Source: a virus | Taxonomy: Duplodnaviria; Caudoviricetes | Strand: one strand, 5' to 3' | DNA: 27,647 bases | Virus record (IMG/VR): IMGVR_UViG_3300025018_000467 | Location: 1-27,647 of that record | Shown: piece by piece, positions 25,082 to 27,647 of the stretch | How positions within the stretch are numbered: position 1 is the first letter of the stretch | Layout: each line of letters starts with the position of its first letter | Program-made: the position numbers and the translations under genes | The notes under the pieces: model-generated | What the model was told of the DNA's origin: nothing | Databases searched by the model: none | What the model saw: the letters and a program-made list of their open reading frames with translations, nothing else

Positions 25082-26815
25082 ATGGCAAACCGAAAACTCT
25101 TACCACAATCTGAACCAAGACTAAGCGGAACTCTATCGGTTCTTCTGACTGATTCAGCCACCACGGCCACTTTTTCTAATCCACCAGATGCAGCTGAGCT
25201 ACCAACTTACTTTATGATCGAGCCAGATAGTGACGATAATAGAGAAAAAGTTAGAGCAGTTGATGTTTCTGGTAGCGTTGTCACTATTGAGCGTGGCGTT
25301 GATAATGGCGGCGTTGGTGTAGAGCACCAGGCTAACTCTACTTACAAACAAACTTTTACGGCCCAACATTGGGACAAGGTTGTTGAAGCCCTTGAAAATG
25401 GATGGCTTTCTGAGGATGCTGGCTTAACCATTACCAAAGTTGATGCTGATACCTTAAGAATTGCTGGATATGACCGCACCGCTTATTATCCTGTTGGTAG
25501 AGTTTTACTTATCAATGGGACTGTAAAATGTAAAGTTGTGGCTGCTGCTTATGGCGGTGGAAACACGGACATTGATATTTCTGGCGGTACAGTTCCAACA
25601 ACCATTACCTCTTTAAAACTTTTAATTGGTCCAGTTGAAAATCCACTAGTTGGTGTCAACGAAATTCCAAGATATGGAGAAGATGCGGAAGCTAGCGACA
25701 CTTATGTTATAACCCTGGATCCAGCGCCAAGTGCTTACTTCAATGGCATGGTGGTTAATTTTAAGGCAAACACCGCAAACACTGGTCCGTGTACTCTTAA
25801 TGTGAATGGCCTTGGAGCTAAAGACATCAAAACCCCAGAAGGAGCTGATCCAGAAAGCGCTCAAATTCCAGCGGGCTCGATTGTTATTCTTGTTTATGAT
25901 GGAACCAACTTTATTCTTCAATCAATTGGTGGATTAACCCCAAAAAGTTATGTGGATTTAAGAAATAATTCTCCAGATGGATTTTTAATCAATGGTAAGA
26001 TTGTACCTTCGGTAGCTTCAAACAACCTTACAGTCGCAATTAAAGGCATGGATGGCAACGATCCGAGTGCTTCAAATCCAGTTTATGTGAGAATTGGAGA
26101 TACAATTAGATCAATTACAAGTGCTTTGTCGGTTTCCCTTAATGCTGGTACTAATTGGTTTGGTTCTGGAACAAGTGATTTTGCTGCAATTGAAAGAGAT
26201 TATTTTGTTTATTTAGGTTATAACACCACAGACGGAGTCGTTATTGGAGTTTGTTTGAGTCCAAATGTTGGGATTTATTCTCAATTTAGTACAACCCCCA
26301 CATCTGGAGATTATGGAGCAATTTCAACAACTACCAATGCTGCTGCTGGAGACAATTATGTAAATATCGGAAGATTTGCAGCCACTTTAAGCACTGGAGC
26401 AGGTTATACTTGGACAGTTCCTACTTTTACAAACATCAATTTGATTCAACGACAATGTTTTACATCAAGATGGCTTTCTTGGGCTCCAGCCATTTCTTAT
26501 GGTGGTGGATCTGTCAATCCAACATCTTTAACAGTTGACGAAGCACAATATCAAATAAATGAAAGAACTGTTTCATTCAATATAAAAGCTTCTGTTGTAA
26601 AGGGAAGTAGTAATAGACAATATATTTCTTTTTCTCCACCAAGGACTATTTCTCATATAACTATTTCAGCTTCATTTGGTGGAGAAACATTAGTTCAGGC
26701 AAATTTTTTACCAAGAGCTTGTTATACAGAAAATACAAACAAACTAACTATTTATCTTGGAGCTGTAATTGCTAGAGATGGATTTTGTTCAATAGGAGGA
26801 AGTTTTAGACACTAA
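25082..26815 (+). CDS. modular tail fibre / receptor-binding protein (577 aa)
   Basis: Fibre module ANTGPCTLNVNGLGAKDIK; G/S/T-rich beta modules; position after the nozzle. Confidence 0.8.
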   Translation: MANRKLLPQSEPRLSGTLSVLLTDSATTATFSNPPDAAELPTYFMIEPDSDDNREKVRAVDVSGSVVTIERGVDNGGVGVEHQANSTYKQTFTAQHWDKVVEALENGWLSEDAGLTITKVDADTLRIAGYDRTAYYPVGRVLLINGTVKCKVVAAAYGGGNTDIDISGGTVPTTITSLKLLIGPVENPLVGVNEIPRYGEDAEASDTYVITLDPAPSAYFNGMVVNFKANTANTGPCTLNVNGLGAKDIKTPEGADPESAQIPAGSIVILVYDGTNFILQSIGGLTPKSYVDLRNNSPDGFLINGKIVPSVASNNLTVAIKGMDGNDPSASNPVYVRIGDTIRSITSALSVSLNAGTNWFGSGTSDFAAIERDYFVYLGYNTTDGVVIGVCLSPNVGIYSQFSTTPTSGDYGAISTTTNAAAGDNYVNIGRFAATLSTGAGYTWTVPTFTNINLIQRQCFTSRWLSWAPAISYGGGSVNPTSLTVDEAQYQINERTVSFNIKASVVKGSSNRQYISFSPPRTISHITISASFGGETLVQANFLPRACYTENTNKLTIYLGAVIARDGFCSIGGSFRH

Positions 26816-26825
26816 TTTTTATATT

Positions 26826-27002
26826 ATGCCAAAACAAATAACAACAGAAAAAATTTACAAAAGACTCATCAAAATTGAGTTAAAGTCTGACACTTTAATT
26901 CAAGACAACATCAAAATTGTGAGAAGGTTTTCTAATGCTGTTTATTTTTTGATTCTTTTAATGATTGTAAATATATTATTACATATATATTTAATGATCT
27001 AA
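26826..27002 (+). CDS. small membrane protein (58 aa), possible holin/antiholin
   Basis: Manual translation MPKQITTEKIYKRLIKIELKSDTLIQDNIKIVRRFSNAVYFLILLMIVNILLHIYLMI with a C-terminal hydrophobic helix. Confidence 0.55.
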   Translation: MPKQITTEKIYKRLIKIELKSDTLIQDNIKIVRRFSNAVYFLILLMIVNILLHIYLMI

Positions 27003-27006
27003 AACT

Positions 27007-27216
27007 ATGAGTCAAGATTCGCCAACACTACGAGATATTTATAACGCAGTTAATAGCCTTGATGCTAAGTGGGATAAGCGTATGGAAAAAACCGAGACTA
27101 AGGTAGAAAAGCTAGAATCCAATCAGGATAAAGCTTTTGGTATTTTAGCTGTTTTTAGTGTTTTCTCTGGCTTTATCTCTAAGTTTGTCTGGGAAAAGAT
27201 AACTGGTGTTAAATAG
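27007..27216 (+). CDS. coiled coil plus C-terminal TM protein (XhlA-like holin candidate, 69 aa)
   Basis: Coiled coil followed by AFGILAVFSVFSGFISKFVW; directly upstream of the peptidase. Confidence 0.6.
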   Translation: MSQDSPTLRDIYNAVNSLDAKWDKRMEKTETKVEKLESNQDKAFGILAVFSVFSGFISKFVWEKITGVK

Positions 27217-27262
27217 TGGAATTTCTATTTAGAATGTGTTATAACTTAAATAGGAGGTAAAT

Positions 27263-27647
27263 ATGAACCACACAATTTTTTCTCAAAGAGATGCTAAATG
27301 GCGCAATAAAAAGCTTGGTAATTCCAATTACACAATTGGAAGTCATGGCTGTACTATTACAGCCCTAACCATGTGGATCAATAGAGTTATTGGTTTAAAT
27401 TTAACCCCAGACCAAGTGAATGATCGAATGAAATTTGTTGGTGGTTTTAGTGGTGCTTTAATTTTATGGAAAATGATTGATAGAGCTTTTATTAATGCTC
27501 ATTTTGTTTGGAGAAATTATAACTATTGGAACCCAACTGTTGCTTGGTATGTCTATGTTCGCAAGCTTCCAGTCTTAGTTGAAGTTAATGGGGCCAAGAT
27601 TGGCGCTCCAAAGCATTGGGTGCTTTACATTGGATATGGAAAAGCTG
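27263..27647 (+). CDS. peptidase C39-like protein, candidate endolysin (partial, runs off the window)
   Basis: SD AGGAGG; manual translation MNHTIFSQRDAKW...TIGSHGCTITALTM...LTPDQVN...KHWVLYIG shows the Q, catalytic C and H of C39-like peptidases. Confidence 0.85.
   Translation, partial: MNHTIFSQRDAKWRNKKLGNSNYTIGSHGCTITALTMWINRVIGLNLTPDQVNDRMKFVGGFSGALILWKMIDRAFINAHFVWRNYNYWNPTVAWYVYVRKLPVLVEVNGAKIGAPKHWVLYIGYGKA

Noticed and set aside
5-25921. Numerous short antisense or alternate-frame ORFs (e.g. 266-589, 2426-2896, 2915-3406, 12944-13237, 18902-19324, 21135-21467, 25646-25921)
   Set aside because: They are shadows of longer, motif-bearing genes and show no recognisable motifs or initiation signals.
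1-27647. Stop-codon reassignment, introns or inteins
   Set aside because: Genes are full length in code 11 with TAA, TAG and TGA all used as stops. The extra terminase length is a C-terminal domain without intein splice motifs.

Overview
The whole window is a segment of a tailed-phage (Caudoviricetes) genome with podovirus-type morphogenesis genes, read in standard code 11. No integrase, host genes, tRNA, rRNA or CRISPR array were seen. Left to right: the 5' end of a leftward operon running into ssb; two large probable ejection proteins, the larger with a ParB-like domain; a cassette of eight small, mostly Shine-Dalgarno-led genes with a terminator; a ~600-bp structured non-coding gap; a leftward block (double glycosyltransferase, two methyltransferases, a nested-repeat virion-like protein, a staple-like protein); large terminase; portal; scaffold; an antisense sigma-region-4-like HTH/Zn gene; major capsid; adaptor; nozzle; tail fibre; and a lysis cassette with a C39-like peptidase running off the end. 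The strongest non-coding signal is a 7-copy element, TTG(A/C)NN-N10-AAAATTA-T(T/C)(C/T)(A/C)AT, placed in front of individual virion genes. In 6 of 7 copies the ATG lies exactly 35 nt after the first T, which implies leaderless, gene-by-gene late transcription from a non-canonical -10. Other notable items are a candidate virion glycosylation/methylation module beside a Russian-doll repeat protein, and a terminase with a second, degenerate nuclease domain. All product calls come from motif recognition by eye, not database searches.
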